Assembly (NCBI GenBank): GCA_009838195.1
Contig: VXSC01000042.1
Coordinates: forward strand, 8,196-72,195
Length of the DNA stretch: 64,000 nucleotides
From: Rhodothermaceae bacterium
Lineage (GTDB): Bacteria > Bacteroidota > Rhodothermia > Rhodothermales > Bin80
Reading direction: 5' to 3'
Within the stretch, counting starts at the first letter, position 1, and each line of letters starts with the position of its first letter. A program made the position numbers and the translations under genes. Under the pieces are notes generated by a model, which had not been told where the DNA came from, did no database searches, and worked only from the letters and a program-made list of their open reading frames with translations. This document shows, in pieces, positions 49,696 to 61,163 of the stretch.

Positions 49696-50358
49696 CTAAA
49701 TCAGGTAGAGTAATGGAAAAAGAAAGATCCAGATGATGTCAACCAAGTGCCAATACAGCCCAGTCAACTCAACCGGGGTGTAATATTGAGGGGAAAAGTG
49801 GCCGCGGGCAACACGCGTTGTGAGCCACCCGAACAGGCCCATTCCCACCAGCACATGGACACCATGAATACCCGTCATCACAAAATAGATGCTGAAAAAC
49901 TGGGGCGCGAACGGAATGTCGTACTTGGAATAATCTTTGCCATCTACCATCCCGTGCGGTTCGAAGCCAGCCCCTGGGAAGACCCCGTGAGAAAACTTGC
50001 CCTCATACTCAAAGTACTTGACAATCATAAAGACCGCTGCACATGCGAGTGTCAGGATCAAAAACCCAATCACTTTGTCATTCTGCCCTTTCTGAACGAA
50101 GTGGATAGAGAGAGCAACCGTAAAGCTTGAAGCCAGAAGTACAACCGTATTCAGCGCACCAAGCCGCCAATCCAACAACTCACTAGCCTGAAGGAACACC
50201 TCCGGGTGCCAGGATCGGTAGACCGCATAAGCCACAAACATCCCGGAAAACAGGAGTACTTCCGTAACCAGGAAGAGCCACATGCCTAGCTTCGCCGCAT
50301 CGAACTGCTGTTCGTGGCTAACGAAATAGTGCTTCAGTGTGGTATCTGCACTATTCAT
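49696..50358 (-). CDS. ctaE: Cytochrome c oxidase subunit III
   Basis: 220-aa polytopic ORF with typical subunit III stretches (GMWLFLVTEVLLFSGMF, YWHLVDIIWIFLFPLLY). Confidence 0.88.
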   Translation of the reverse strand: MNSADTTLKHYFVSHEQQFDAAKLGMWLFLVTEVLLFSGMFVAYAVYRSWHPEVFLQASELLDWRLGALNTVVLLASSFTVALSIHFVQKGQNDKVIGFLILTLACAAVFMIVKYFEYEGKFSHGVFPGAGFEPHGMVDGKDYSKYDIPFAPQFFSIYFVMTGIHGVHVLVGMGLFGWLTTRVARGHFSPQYYTPVELTGLYWHLVDIIWIFLFPLLYLI

Positions 50359-50361
50359 TAC

Positions 50362-52002
50362 CTAAGAATCATTTTTTTGGCCAAAGACATCATCCGCCAG
50401 GTGAAAATCATAGGGACCACGGGTAACCAGGGGGGTATCGTGGAAATTATGTTCGTCTGGAACCGGGCCGGTGTGTGTCCACTCAAGCGTACAGGCTCCC
50501 CAGGGGTTTGCGGTGGCCCTGGGGCCTTTGAACAGTGAGTACAATGCGTAAATCAGAATCATTACCAGACCAACTGCTAGGATGTAAGAACCGATCGTAG
50601 ACGCCATATTCAGTGCTGCAAATTCCGGGTAGGTTTGCAGGAACTCAGAATAATCATGATAGCGACGTGGCATTCCCTTGGTACCTAGGAAGAACTGGGT
50701 AAAGAAGGTCAGGTTAAAGCCAATGAATACAAGGATCGCCGCAATCACGCCCGCAGTCTCATTGTACATCCGACCGGTCATCTTTGGCCACCAGTAGTGC
50801 AGGCCTCCAATCAGCCCAATGAGTGCACCTCCCATCATGACATAATGGAAGTGTGCAACCACGAAGTACGTGTCATGTAAGTGTACATCCACTGCCAGCA
50901 CGCCAACCATGATCCCGGTCAAACCGCCAATCGTGAACAGGAATAGGAACATGAGCGCATAGATCATTGGAGTTCGGAGCCATACGGACCCCTTGTACAT
51001 CGTCGCAACCCAGTTGAAGACCTTGATGCCGGTCGGGATTCCAATCAGGAACGTGAGCATCGAGAAAATAATCGAAGAGAGGGCGCTCTGGCCTGACACG
51101 AACATATGGTGCCCCCAAACAAGGAACCCCAGAAATGCAATCGCAACCGAGGAAAGGGCAATGAAGGTGTATCCAGAGACGTGTTGCCTGGAGAATGTCC
51201 CTATCAGATCACTGATAATTCCCATCGCCGGGAGAATCATGATGTAGACTGCCGGATGGCTGTAGAACCAGAAGAAATGTTGAAAGAGAACGGGGTCTCC
51301 TCCTAAAGCCGGATCAAAGATGCCAATCTGTAACAGCTTTTCCAGGAAAAGCAAAACCATGGTGATCCCAATCACTGGCGTCGCCAGCACCTGAACAATG
51401 CCCGTCGCGTAGATGGCCCAGGTAAATAACGGGAGCCGGTTCCATGTCATGCCGGGAGCGCGCATCTTGTGCACGGTCACAATGAAGTTCAAACCGGTAA
51501 AGATGGAGGCAAAGCCGGCGACAAAAACGGCCGAAGTCAGCCAGAGTACTGCATTCGAAGCTCCACTGGAGTAAGGTGTATAAAACGTCCAACCAGTATC
51601 CACCTTCCCGACAAACAACCATCCGCAAACCGCCATGATCGCCCCCGCCATGAAGAGATACCAGCTCGCCAGATTCAGTCGAGGGAATGCCACATCTTTG
51701 GCCCCGATCTGTATGGGCAGAGCAAAATTACCAAGGATCCCGGGGATGGCAGGAATAATGACCAGAAAAACCATGACCACGCCATGGAGCGTGAACATCT
51801 GATTGTATTGATCCTGCCCGAGAATCGTCTCCCCAGGCTCCCCAAGCTCCGTTCGTACAAATGTTGCGAGGATGCCCCCTAACAGGAAGAATGCGCCACA
51901 AGCGATCGCATACATAATTCCGATCCGCTTGTGATCGGTCGTAGAGAGCCATGACCAGAGGCCCTTTCTGGCGTTCAAATAATTGTGTGATCCGTCACTC
52001 AT
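50362..52002 (-). CDS. ctaD: Cytochrome c oxidase subunit I (heme-copper oxidase)
   Basis: 546 aa with about 12 TM helices. Motifs are [17 protein letters not shown], the CuB His pair VWGHHMF, and the heme ligand region VAHFHYVM. Confidence 0.95.
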   Translation of the reverse strand: MSDGSHNYLNARKGLWSWLSTTDHKRIGIMYAIACGAFFLLGGILATFVRTELGEPGETILGQDQYNQMFTLHGVVMVFLVIIPAIPGILGNFALPIQIGAKDVAFPRLNLASWYLFMAGAIMAVCGWLFVGKVDTGWTFYTPYSSGASNAVLWLTSAVFVAGFASIFTGLNFIVTVHKMRAPGMTWNRLPLFTWAIYATGIVQVLATPVIGITMVLLFLEKLLQIGIFDPALGGDPVLFQHFFWFYSHPAVYIMILPAMGIISDLIGTFSRQHVSGYTFIALSSVAIAFLGFLVWGHHMFVSGQSALSSIIFSMLTFLIGIPTGIKVFNWVATMYKGSVWLRTPMIYALMFLFLFTIGGLTGIMVGVLAVDVHLHDTYFVVAHFHYVMMGGALIGLIGGLHYWWPKMTGRMYNETAGVIAAILVFIGFNLTFFTQFFLGTKGMPRRYHDYSEFLQTYPEFAALNMASTIGSYILAVGLVMILIYALYSLFKGPRATANPWGACTLEWTHTGPVPDEHNFHDTPLVTRGPYDFHLADDVFGQKNDS

Positions 52003-52004
52003 AC

Positions 52005-52943
52005 CTACTGCTGCTCATTTATAAATGCTACAAGTGCATCGATTTCTTCGGATGACAGATTCGCTGCATATTGCCCGGGCATTATGTCGTCCCAGCCTTC
52101 AATAATCTGCAATCCAGGATTTAAAATCGAAGTGCGGAGGTAGTTATCATCAGCTACGGCGCTTGTACCATCTGCGAAATTTCGCGTACTGCCTGCCAGA
52201 CCAAGAAAAGTTGGGCCCATTGGAGTCGTTCCATCCAGTGTATGGCAGCCAATACAGCCCCACTGTTCGTAGAGGCGCTCGCCTCGTTGTGCGGGTGTTA
52301 AGTTGTCATCGGGCAAACTTTCCACCAGCCAGTTTTCAAAGTCATCCTGCGAGTGGGTGATCACTCGAGCGTACATATCTGAATGTGAGGTGCCGCAGTA
52401 CTCTGCACAGGCGATAATAAACGTATCTTTTTTTGTTGCTTCAAACCAGACATAGGAGTAGCGTCCTTGCAACACATCAGCTTTTACACGAAAAGCTGGG
52501 ACAAAAAAACTGTGAATCACATCGTCGCTGCTCATGCGAAGTTTGATCGGACGATTTACCGGGACATGGAGATCGGTGGAGATAGCCCCATTCGGATAGC
52601 TAAAACTCCAACTCCATTTCCGGGCAGTCACATTCACCTCGTAGGAGTTTGGGGGAGCAATTCCAAGTTCGAGAAATAATTTGAACCCCCAGATAAAAAC
52701 GACAGCTACAAGAATGGACGGGATGACAATCCAGGAGGCTTCCACCAGTTTATTTTCGTGGACCGGCTCAGGGCGGTCATCCGGGCTGCGCCGGCGAAAA
52801 CGCCAGGCAAAGATTACCATGGTTGTGACGACTCCCACGAAAAAAATCACACTCGTAATGAGGATAAAGTAGAAAAGCGCATCAACATCCCCCGCAATCG
52901 TGGAGGCCGCTTCTGGAAGCCATATTGAGGTCTGCTGGCTCAT
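52005..52943 (-). CDS. ctaC: Cytochrome c oxidase subunit II with fused C-terminal cytochrome c domain (caa3 type)
   Basis: 312 aa with two N-terminal TM helices. The CuA motif is [12 protein letters not shown] and the C-terminal heme c site is CIGCH. Confidence 0.9.
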   Translation of the reverse strand: MSQQTSIWLPEAASTIAGDVDALFYFILITSVIFFVGVVTTMVIFAWRFRRRSPDDRPEPVHENKLVEASWIVIPSILVAVVFIWGFKLFLELGIAPPNSYEVNVTARKWSWSFSYPNGAISTDLHVPVNRPIKLRMSSDDVIHSFFVPAFRVKADVLQGRYSYVWFEATKKDTFIIACAEYCGTSHSDMYARVITHSQDDFENWLVESLPDDNLTPAQRGERLYEQWGCIGCHTLDGTTPMGPTFLGLAGSTRNFADGTSAVADDNYLRTSILNPGLQIIEGWDDIMPGQYAANLSSEEIDALVAFINEQQ

Positions 52944-53743
52944 GCGTACTCAGACTTTTTTGTGTCTTTCATCCATAGTAAGCCCAATGATACAATGAGT
53001 ATCAGAGCTGTTATTCCACCTCCAACCTGCATGGCACGCCGTGCCACGAGTACGTAGGAGTTGGCTGTTGGATCAAATTGAAAGCAGTAAAGAAAGGCGC
53101 GGTCCAGTAAATTGCCAACGGTTCCATCGGAAGCTTCCACGATCGCGGCACGTAGATCTCGGCCCCTTGGCGCTAGATCGGGCAGATAACGGGTAATGAT
53201 CCCCTCATCACTCAGGACAATCACCGCGGCGGGATGCGCATATTCTCCCTGTTCTTCGACCCACTTGAACATGAACCCCGTTGCCTGGGTCAATGCTCGT
53301 ATCGCATCTTCGCTGCCAGTAAGAAAATGCCATTCGGCATCTTCATCATCGAGTCGCCGGAGGTAGCGGGCACGCTGCTCAGCCGCTCGTTCGGGGGTAT
53401 CTGCGGGACTGAATGAAACAGTGACCATTTCGTAACCGTCCCCAGGTGCCCATGGTACATCATCCAGGCTTCGAGTAACGCCGTCTAAAAGTACACTGCA
53501 CAGCATCGGACAGGTGTGGTAAACAAACGTAAGGACGACTGGGCGATCTTGTTGGAAGTACTCTCCCAGAGTCACAGCTTTGCCGTACGAGTCCGTAAAT
53601 ACGAGGTCAAGCGGAATCTGCTCTCCTAAACGAGGAGTGAGCCCAACTCCCTCGTACGCAAGACTAGCCTGCTCGGTCAGTTGTGCGTACACGGGGGCCG
53701 AGTACATGCAAAGGGTAAGTATGGCAATACATCCTTTGTGCAT
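52940..53743 (-). CDS. SCO1/SenC-family copper chaperone
   Basis: 267 aa with a thioredoxin-like fold. The copper motif is HTCPMLC (CxxxC) with a downstream conserved His (EYAHPAAVIVL). It has an additional C-terminal TM helix. The ATGA overlaps ctaC. Confidence 0.8.
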   Translation of the reverse strand: MHKGCIAILTLCMYSAPVYAQLTEQASLAYEGVGLTPRLGEQIPLDLVFTDSYGKAVTLGEYFQQDRPVVLTFVYHTCPMLCSVLLDGVTRSLDDVPWAPGDGYEMVTVSFSPADTPERAAEQRARYLRRLDDEDAEWHFLTGSEDAIRALTQATGFMFKWVEEQGEYAHPAAVIVLSDEGIITRYLPDLAPRGRDLRAAIVEASDGTVGNLLDRAFLYCFQFDPTANSYVLVARRAMQVGGGITALILIVSLGLLWMKDTKKSEYA

Positions 53744-54094
53744 TTAGGGTTGTATTTCCTCAGAGATACGGACACTATCGGGAAATTCTTCTGCTACCCT
53801 CATAATGGCCTGTTCAATTGGAATCCGGAACGTGCTATCCTCTAACATTTCGTAGCGATTCAATTGACGGAGTCCGGCAACCCGTAATCGTTCTAGTTCC
53901 GGATACGAAGCCTGAGCCGCACGTTCCAGTTCCACCTGCTCCGCCTCACGCTTAAACCAATATGAGGCCAAAAATGTTAACGATCCCAGCCCAATTAACA
54001 GAAAAATCACAAAAGAAATAAGGGGGATCGCAGCAATGGCTTCATGCTGAACAAGAGGTCGGTCAGAGGGCCTATCTTCAGATTCAACAGACAT
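53744..54094 (-). CDS. Small single-TM protein at the ActG position of the ACIII cluster
   Basis: 116 aa with one TM helix (IPLISFVIFLLIGLGSLTFLASYWF). It is wedged with 0-10 nt gaps between actF and sco. The assignment is by position only. Confidence 0.4.
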   Translation of the reverse strand: MSVESEDRPSDRPLVQHEAIAAIPLISFVIFLLIGLGSLTFLASYWFKREAEQVELERAAQASYPELERLRVAGLRQLNRYEMLEDSTFRIPIEQAIMRVAEEFPDSVRISEEIQP

Positions 54095-54104
54095 GACGGA
54101 TACG

Positions 54105-55391
54105 CTAAGCGTTTTCGAAATGCAGGGATTTGCTTAATTTTGGATCTCCTTCGCACACAATTGCATGCCGACTAAGACGCCACAGGAATCCTGCAATGAA
54201 CACACACAGGAGCCCGATCCAGCAACTGAGATCCAGCCAGTGAAACTGAGCCTGATCTGGATGCAGTATGGGCATGGCTTGCCAGTGAATATCAAACCAT
54301 TGCATAATCAAAAGCCACACCGCGATGATGGCAAGGGGAATTGAGTAACGCTTGATGGCACGGGGCAAAAGAATCAGAAATGGAATAATGAAGTGCCCAA
54401 ACAGCAGGATCCCGCTGTGGGTCTCCCATCCATTTTGGAGTCGATACTTAAACCAGACGGTCTCCTCAGGAATTCCACCGTACCAGTAAAGCATATACTG
54501 GCTGAACGCGATATAGGCCCAAAACACCACAAACCCAAACATAAGCTTCCCCAGGTCGTGATAGTGTTCAGCTGTCACGGCCCCTCGCAGCATCCCTCCC
54601 CGTTGCAGTCCAGCAACGCACAGTGCGGTAAAGCAAAAGGCAGCCATAAACGCTCCAGAAAAGAAGTAGACCCCAAATATGGTTGAGAACCAGTGTGGAT
54701 ATAATGTCATGAGCAGGTCAAACGCTGCGAACGCAGTCGTAATGCTACACAACGGTAAGCCCCAGGCACTTAGGTGGCGTAGGCGGGCGCTGATACCCGG
54801 ATCACGGGTCACATCCTGAAGCAGAGACAATCTCCACAGGCGTGAAGAGACGAAGGTCCATGCAATGAAATAGAACGCGATTCGAACCAGAAAGAACGGG
54901 ATATTCAGATAAGCAACCTTCCCGGCCAAGATCTCATCATAGTACTTACTGGTTGGGTCAGCAATGCCTTCCGCCGTCCAGTGGTGATAGGGGCCGTGGG
55001 CATCAAATATGCCAATCAGGATGGGAATAAACAGGATAGCAAGAAGCGGGAAGGAGACCGCAGCCGCTTCTGGGATTCGTCGTAGGACAACAATCCACTC
55101 CGCACGAACAAGATGTTTGATCAGCACGACGAACAAGCATCCCAAGGCGATGGAGAGGCAGAAGGTCCAGCCGATCAGATAAGAGAAATAAAATTGCTCA
55201 AGAAATGCCTCGCTCATACCAACAGCAATGCTTACCACAACCACCACCATACCGACAAGTCCCGGAATGATGTAGCTACGAGATGTACCGGTAAAGGGGT
55301 ACTGACCACTCTTGGTGGGGGCCAAGGGATCAACAAGCTTCATCAAGAGCGAGCTGCTTCGCAGTGCGTCACGCATAGATCCTCGTTTCAA
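54105..55391 (-). CDS. actF: Alternative complex III subunit ActF (NrfD-like membrane subunit)
   Basis: 428-aa polytopic ORF. It is the second NrfD/PsrC-like membrane protein in the act cluster. Confidence 0.75.
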   Translation of the reverse strand: MKRGSMRDALRSSSLLMKLVDPLAPTKSGQYPFTGTSRSYIIPGLVGMVVVVVSIAVGMSEAFLEQFYFSYLIGWTFCLSIALGCLFVVLIKHLVRAEWIVVLRRIPEAAAVSFPLLAILFIPILIGIFDAHGPYHHWTAEGIADPTSKYYDEILAGKVAYLNIPFFLVRIAFYFIAWTFVSSRLWRLSLLQDVTRDPGISARLRHLSAWGLPLCSITTAFAAFDLLMTLYPHWFSTIFGVYFFSGAFMAAFCFTALCVAGLQRGGMLRGAVTAEHYHDLGKLMFGFVVFWAYIAFSQYMLYWYGGIPEETVWFKYRLQNGWETHSGILLFGHFIIPFLILLPRAIKRYSIPLAIIAVWLLIMQWFDIHWQAMPILHPDQAQFHWLDLSCWIGLLCVFIAGFLWRLSRHAIVCEGDPKLSKSLHFENA

Positions 55392-55399
55392 GGCGTATT

Positions 55400-55996
55400 C
55401 TAAAAATTGGTTTGCTCATCAGCCGGGATATCGTCTCTATCTGCATTCTGACTGCGCTGCAATGCTCTTACGTACGCGACAATTGCCCATCGATCTGCAA
55501 TCGGGATCTGCTGCGCATACGCGGGCATGGTTCGGACTCCTTGAGAGATGACTTCATACAGGTATCCATCCTCAATGGTGCGCAGGCGGTCATTGTGAAA
55601 ACCAATGGGTACGAACCCATACCCGCCCGTCATTACAATTCCTTGGCCATCTCCAGCCACACCGTGACAGACCGAGCAGTATATATCATAGCGTTCCCGT
55701 CCACGGTTGGCAAATTCCACGGTATACTCCACCGGCATCACTTGTACATAACCTCCATCAGCATTACGTCCGGCGTGGAATGCCACGTCTTCCCGCAGCA
55801 TGCCACGGGCTACGGTCCCAGGGACCGGAGGTCGCATAGCTCGGCCGTCTTCAAAGAAAGGGTTGGCCTCTTGGGCTTCAAACCGCTCCATAGCATCCAT
55901 ATTTGGATTGATGTGGATGGGTGGATCCTCTTTCAGGCTGCCGCGACACCCGCCGAGAAGGAGCGCAATTCCAAGTAAAAAAGAGAGCTTCTTCAT
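55400..55996 (-). CDS. actE: Alternative complex III subunit ActE (monoheme cytochrome c lipoprotein)
   Basis: It has a single CSVCH site and the lipobox LLLGGC. The start MKKLSF at 55996 is preferred (the track ORF starts at 56032 and overlaps actD). Confidence 0.75.
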   Translation of the reverse strand: MKKLSFLLGIALLLGGCRGSLKEDPPIHINPNMDAMERFEAQEANPFFEDGRAMRPPVPGTVARGMLREDVAFHAGRNADGGYVQVMPVEYTVEFANRGRERYDIYCSVCHGVAGDGQGIVMTGGYGFVPIGFHNDRLRTIEDGYLYEVISQGVRTMPAYAQQIPIADRWAIVAYVRALQRSQNADRDDIPADEQTNF

Positions 55997-55997
55997 C

Positions 55998-56612
55998 TTA
56001 GGCCGTATGCAGCTCTGAATATCCATGGTCATGAATTACTTCGACCGTCTTTGCACCTGCTTCTTGGAGCAGTGATTCTGTTTGATCCAGATCGAAGTTC
56101 GGATCGCTTGCTGCAATGTGCAAAAAGAATGCATCATCGGAGGTCCGCGAAAATCCCCGGGAGTAGAAAAGTGGGTTGTAGGGGCGGGGTAGCCCATTCA
56201 ATACCAGCATTCCACCTACGGCAAACAACGCAGAGAACAGCACCGTGAGTTCGAACATAATCGGGATCGATGGCTCAATCGCGAAGAATGGCTTTCCGCT
56301 GATATTCAAAGGGTAGTCCACGGCGGAGGTCCACCATTGCATCCATGTCGCGAGTCCCAGTCCAGTCGCGCTGCCAATGAGGGTAATGTATCCAACTTTG
56401 GATTGTCCTAGTCCCATCGCACGATCCATTCCATGAATCGGGAAAGGAGAGTGGGTATCGAAGTGACGATAGCCGGACGAATGCACTTTACGAGCTGCAG
56501 AGATCAGAACCCCTGGATTAGGGAATTCAGCCAATAACCCGTAGACACCGTCTTCCTGGGCTTCATAGATCCCCATGGTTGCCTTCACGCTCTGGATCAA
56601 TTTCTTTAACAT
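55998..56612 (-). CDS. actD: Alternative complex III subunit ActD (DUF3341-like)
   Basis: 204 aa with a soluble N-domain plus two TM helices. The position between actC and actE matches the canonical act order. Confidence 0.72.
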   Translation of the reverse strand: MLKKLIQSVKATMGIYEAQEDGVYGLLAEFPNPGVLISAARKVHSSGYRHFDTHSPFPIHGMDRAMGLGQSKVGYITLIGSATGLGLATWMQWWTSAVDYPLNISGKPFFAIEPSIPIMFELTVLFSALFAVGGMLVLNGLPRPYNPLFYSRGFSRTSDDAFFLHIAASDPNFDLDQTESLLQEAGAKTVEVIHDHGYSELHTA

Positions 56613-56623
56613 CGGCTCACAGG

Positions 56624-58030
56624 TTAGTTGGTCTCACTCCCAGACTCATGCTGATCATAGTAATGGGGATCACTTTCCGGCAGTACCATCTTCACTTCTG
56701 CAATGGCGACCATGGGTAAGTAGCGAAGGAAAATCAAAAACAGGGTCATAAAGAGACCAAACGATCCGACAAGTGTCAAGACGTCTACGATCGTCGGATT
56801 AAAGTAATCCCAGCTACTTGGCAGGAAGTCTCGGTGCAAACTGGTCACCGTGATCACAAACCGCTCAAACCACATCCCAATGTTTACAACGATCGAGGTC
56901 AGGAAAAGGAATGGAATGCTTCGCCGCAGACGCTTGATCCAGAAGAATTGTGGGAAGAGCAGATTACAGGACATCATTGTCCAATATGCCCATGCATAGG
57001 GGCCAGTTGCCCGGTTCAGGAACGCATATTGCTCATATTCAACCTGTGAATACCAAGCAATGAAGAATTCGGTGATGTAGGCAAAACCTACCATCGATCC
57101 CGTAAGGAGAATGATAATCGCCATCTTCTCCAGGTGATCCATGGTGATAATGTTTTGAATCCCGTAGATCTTCCGCGCGAGGATCAGGAGAGTCATCACC
57201 ATTGCAAACCCCGAGAAAATAGCTCCCGCGACGAAATAGGGCGGGAAAATAGTAGTGTGCCAACCTGGGATAATGCTCACCGCAAAGTCAAAAGAAACCA
57301 CAGAGTGTACGCTCAAGACCAATGGAGTCGCAAGTGCAGCGAGGAGCAGGTAGGTCTTCTCATAGTTGCGCCAGTGGCGGTTTGCCCCCGTCCAGCCAAG
57401 AGAAAAGAATCCCAAAATCCGGCGGCGGAATGCGTTGCGAGCCCGGTCACGTAGAGTCGCTAAATCCGGGACTAGACCGACATACCAGAATATGAGCGAT
57501 ACTATGAAGTACACGCTGACGGCAAACACATCCCAGAGAAGTGGGCTTTTGAACTGAGGCCACATCTCCATCTGGTTGGGAAGGGGCAGGGTCCAGTAGA
57601 TTACCCATATCCGACCTACGTGGATCGTGGGAAACAACAATGCACAGATGACCGCAAAGAGGGTCATCGCCTCTGCACTTCGGTTAATGGCCGTACGCCA
57701 CTGCTGCCGGAAGAGGAATAAGATGGCTGAGATCAAGGTTCCGGCGTGCCCAATACCAACCCAGAACACAAAGTTAACGATGGGCCATCCCCACCCTACG
57801 GGGTTATTATTGCCCCAGACCCCAATCCCGTTCCATACCAGATAGGCGATCATTAGTAGAAGGATACACAGCAGTGTAGAGGACACAGCAATGGCCATGT
57901 ACCACACGGAAGGGGGGCGTTTTTCTGTGTGATAGGAGACTAGCTGGGTGATATCATGAAACCCCAGATTCCCGGTAACCAGTGGTGGTTCCGCGGGGAG
58001 CGTTACAGTCTTGTCAGTCGATGCAGACAC
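56624..58030 (-). CDS. actC: Alternative complex III subunit ActC (NrfD/PsrC-like quinol-interacting membrane subunit)
   Basis: 468 aa with about 10 TM helices, immediately downstream of actB. Confidence 0.85.
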   Translation of the reverse strand: MSASTDKTVTLPAEPPLVTGNLGFHDITQLVSYHTEKRPPSVWYMAIAVSSTLLCILLLMIAYLVWNGIGVWGNNNPVGWGWPIVNFVFWVGIGHAGTLISAILFLFRQQWRTAINRSAEAMTLFAVICALLFPTIHVGRIWVIYWTLPLPNQMEMWPQFKSPLLWDVFAVSVYFIVSLIFWYVGLVPDLATLRDRARNAFRRRILGFFSLGWTGANRHWRNYEKTYLLLAALATPLVLSVHSVVSFDFAVSIIPGWHTTIFPPYFVAGAIFSGFAMVMTLLILARKIYGIQNIITMDHLEKMAIIILLTGSMVGFAYITEFFIAWYSQVEYEQYAFLNRATGPYAWAYWTMMSCNLLFPQFFWIKRLRRSIPFLFLTSIVVNIGMWFERFVITVTSLHRDFLPSSWDYFNPTIVDVLTLVGSFGLFMTLFLIFLRYLPMVAIAEVKMVLPESDPHYYDQHESGSETN

Positions 58031-58054
58031 GTTGCAGTTGGATGTTTTCTAGGG

Positions 58055-61000
58055 CTATGGCGATCCCGCAGGCTCCAAGTCCTGATTTGGATTACGTACA
58101 CGGGCCAGATAGGAAACCCTTGGTTTAATGTTCAATTCGGCCAATAGCTTGTAGCTGCGCGGATTCTGCACGGCTTGGCTGACCCCACTTTCCTGATCGT
58201 TGAGGTCACCAAAGGTGATGGCTTCAGCCGGACAGGCCTGCTGACAAGCGGTTGCAACCTCATCGCGATGTAATGGACGGGTTTCCAGTCCGGCTCTCTT
58301 CTGCGTCTGGCGAATCCGCTGCACACAGAACGAGCATTTTTCCATCACTCCCCGGAATCGAATCGACACATTCGGGTTCTGGGCCATCTGCACGGTTTCC
58401 GGAATCGTTTTGGACCAGTTATAGAAATTGTACCGGCGAACCTTGTACGGGCAGTTATTGGCGCAATAACGCGTACCAATACACCGGTTGTAGATCATTT
58501 GGTTTGTGCCGTCGGGCGAATGTACGGTTGCGGCAACCGGACAGACGGATTCGCAGGGCGCATTCTCACAGTGCTGACAGGGCATGGGTTGCATGACGAT
58601 CTGAGGATCTGCATCCAGATCTTCCCCACCCTCGGTGATAAAATACCGGTCTACGCGCAGCCAGTGCAACTCGCGCCCATGGCCGACCTCTTTTTTGCCG
58701 ACGACCTGGATATTGTTTTCCGCTTGGCATGCGACAATGCAGGCATTGCATCCCGTGCAGGCATTCAGATCAATGACCATTCCCCACTGATTCTGCCAGT
58801 AATCACTGTCACGAAAGGCAGGGGTTTTAGCCGGGTGCTGATTTTTCCAGAGCTCAGGGTAATCAGAAAAGTCCGTCTTTACGTCGGAGCCGGGCGTCGG
58901 AGCTTCATCCTGCAGAGCGAATGCCGGATCTGCTTGATACTCCTCCATTGTTGCTGTGCGGATCAATGGGCGGGCTTCTGTGTCCAGAATGCCGTGATCC
59001 TGTGTCGTAACGATGGTCCATTTGCGGCCCGTTGCCGCGAGTTGGACTCCGACGGAGACAGGTTTCGCGAGCAAATTCCTGAGTTTTGCAACGTTCGTTC
59101 CCACGCCGGTGGCCAGGGTACCTCGGGCATAGATATCCGTTGTGTCGTCCGTGTCCCAAAAGGGGGTGTCCCGCTCGGGTCGTGTCGTAGAGATCTCGCG
59201 GCCATACCCCAACGTAACCGATACGGTATCATCTGCATGCCCGGGTAGAATCCAGATTGGCAGCTCAACCTCGTGTCCGTTAACGGTCAGTGTGACGACG
59301 TCAGCGTAATAGCGACCTTTCGAGTACTCGCAGACAAGCCCATGATCTTCCGCGGTCTTTGGGCTTAGTACGGCAACGTTGTCCCATACAATTTTCGTGA
59401 TCGGATCCGGGAGCTCCTGACACCAGGCATTATTGGCAAAGCTGCCATCAAGCACGGTGGGATCCAGTCTGACTACGAGTTCAAGGCTGGAATCGGATTC
59501 CGGGAGCTGTGCGTCGAAGGCAGGTTCGGCGGTAACCGAAGGATAGCCGGTGTCTTGCAGATAGCCATCGTGCAGGACACGGCACCAGACATTTTCTAAA
59601 TCTTCCTCGCCCAGTACGGAGGCCCAGGTTTCACGTACCAAATCGTACCCTCTGGTATACTGCCCACTCGAAAGTGCACTGAGGATTTCGATTTCACTTC
59701 GCGTATCCCCGTACAGCGGGGCAATAAGTGGCTGAATTGGCGTGAGCGTCCCATCCCATGAACGGCCGTCTCCCCACGATTCTAGGTAATGGGTCAGGGG
59801 GATGTGCCAGGTACTTGCCCGAGCCGTCTCATCAACATGCATACCGACATGTACGGTGTCACTGACACGTCCCATCACATCCTGAAAATTCAACTCTGGT
59901 GGAGCATCATAGACCGGATTGACTCCCAGCATCAGCAACAGATCAATCTGCCCGGCCTGCATTTCCTCGACCAGTGCGGGGAGCGTCTGTGATTGGGGTA
60001 GTTGGGTAGAGGCTCCGGTGTCCAGCAAGGTTATGGCTGTACCCACGGCACCAAGGGCATGGTTCATGAGTGCACAAAGTGCATGTACCTCGGCAGGTTG
60101 AGTTTCACCGGCAACGATGACACAGCGACCATTGGTTGTTTGCAGATCTCTGGCGATGCCGGAAGCAAACGAGTCGGGGCTTGCCCCGGAATAAACCCCC
60201 AGTGCAGTGGCAATCTGGCTTGCCAGATCGGAAATGGCATCCGACCGCATCCGCCTACGATGATCGGCCATGGTGCCGGTTACGGTGTAGGTGCTCTCTG
60301 CAACATACAGCCGACTCATCTGATCTTGGGCGCCATTGAGCCTGCGTCCTTGGGCAAAAGAAGAGGTGTTCAAAGTGCCGTTCTTGGCATGAGGGCCAAG
60401 AAAATCTGCATCTAGGCTTACAATGACTTCAGCATTTGCAAAGTCATAGACCGGTTGTAGTGGCTGCCCGTAGGCCATCTGAATCCCAAGGGTCTCAACA
60501 TCATCTCCTTCGCTGCGATAATCAATCCATCTCGTATCTGGGAACTGACTCTCAATTTGAGCCTGTAGGCGGGCACGCGTTGCCGAACTGTCTGGTGCTG
60601 CAAGCACAGCCACACGTCGATTTCGTGTCTGGAATCGTTGGCACAAAGACAGAAAATCTTCCCAGTTCACAGGAGAACCGGTACGCAAAATGGTTTTTGA
60701 GCGGTCAGGATCATAGAGTTGAAGCAAGGAGGCCTGTTCAAAGACGCCAGAAGATCCCGAAGCGTTTGGATGATCTGGATTGCCTTCAACTTTGACCGGT
60801 CTGCCATCGTAGCTTTTTGCCAGAAGTGGGCGGGCGGTTCCACGAAAATTCATCGCAGTCGCATAGTGCAGCGGAACGCCAGGAATCAGTTCTTCCGGAC
60901 GGTCCGAAAACGGCATGATGGTTTCTACCGGGCGGCGGCAGGCGGCTAGGCCAGCCATAGCCATGGACGCGCCCAACAGTTGCATAAAGTGACGGCGATT

Positions 61001-61150
61001 ACTCCCAGTAGGGGCGTTACTCGCTCCAGGGATAAATTCCTCAGAAACCTGTTCCAATAGGCTGGGATCTTGATCAAGGTGTGGGCGGCTGCGCCACAAC
61101 TTTTGCTCGGAGCTCGCAGGAGTGTCGCCAATAACTGGAAGAGATATCAT
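58055..61150 (-). CDS. actB: Alternative complex III subunit ActB (molybdopterin-oxidoreductase-like domain fused to 4Fe-4S ferredoxin-like domain)
   Basis: 1031 aa. The Tat signal is SNRRHFMQLLGASMAMAGLAA. A large MopB-like domain is followed by a C-terminal Cys-cluster domain (CTGCNACIVAC, CQHCENAPCESVCP, CIGTRYCANNCP, CSFC, ACQQACP). Confidence 0.9.
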   Translation of the reverse strand: MISLPVIGDTPASSEQKLWRSRPHLDQDPSLLEQVSEEFIPGASNAPTGSNRRHFMQLLGASMAMAGLAACRRPVETIMPFSDRPEELIPGVPLHYATAMNFRGTARPLLAKSYDGRPVKVEGNPDHPNASGSSGVFEQASLLQLYDPDRSKTILRTGSPVNWEDFLSLCQRFQTRNRRVAVLAAPDSSATRARLQAQIESQFPDTRWIDYRSEGDDVETLGIQMAYGQPLQPVYDFANAEVIVSLDADFLGPHAKNGTLNTSSFAQGRRLNGAQDQMSRLYVAESTYTVTGTMADHRRRMRSDAISDLASQIATALGVYSGASPDSFASGIARDLQTTNGRCVIVAGETQPAEVHALCALMNHALGAVGTAITLLDTGASTQLPQSQTLPALVEEMQAGQIDLLLMLGVNPVYDAPPELNFQDVMGRVSDTVHVGMHVDETARASTWHIPLTHYLESWGDGRSWDGTLTPIQPLIAPLYGDTRSEIEILSALSSGQYTRGYDLVRETWASVLGEEDLENVWCRVLHDGYLQDTGYPSVTAEPAFDAQLPESDSSLELVVRLDPTVLDGSFANNAWCQELPDPITKIVWDNVAVLSPKTAEDHGLVCEYSKGRYYADVVTLTVNGHEVELPIWILPGHADDTVSVTLGYGREISTTRPERDTPFWDTDDTTDIYARGTLATGVGTNVAKLRNLLAKPVSVGVQLAATGRKWTIVTTQDHGILDTEARPLIRTATMEEYQADPAFALQDEAPTPGSDVKTDFSDYPELWKNQHPAKTPAFRDSDYWQNQWGMVIDLNACTGCNACIVACQAENNIQVVGKKEVGHGRELHWLRVDRYFITEGGEDLDADPQIVMQPMPCQHCENAPCESVCPVAATVHSPDGTNQMIYNRCIGTRYCANNCPYKVRRYNFYNWSKTIPETVQMAQNPNVSIRFRGVMEKCSFCVQRIRQTQKRAGLETRPLHRDEVATACQQACPAEAITFGDLNDQESGVSQAVQNPRSYKLLAELNIKPRVSYLARVRNPNQDLEPAGSP

Positions 61151-61163
61151 AACACGTTTCCGA

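Noticed and set aside
58499-59248. 249-aa plus-strand ORF inside actB. Similar long antisense ORFs occur at 38381-39055 (in the PQQ dehydrogenase), 40580-41158 (in DASS) and 30771-31340 (in the amidohydrolase).
   Set aside because: All lie opposite confidently assigned genes in GC-richer stretches where stop codons are rare. None has a recognisable domain or a plausible start context.
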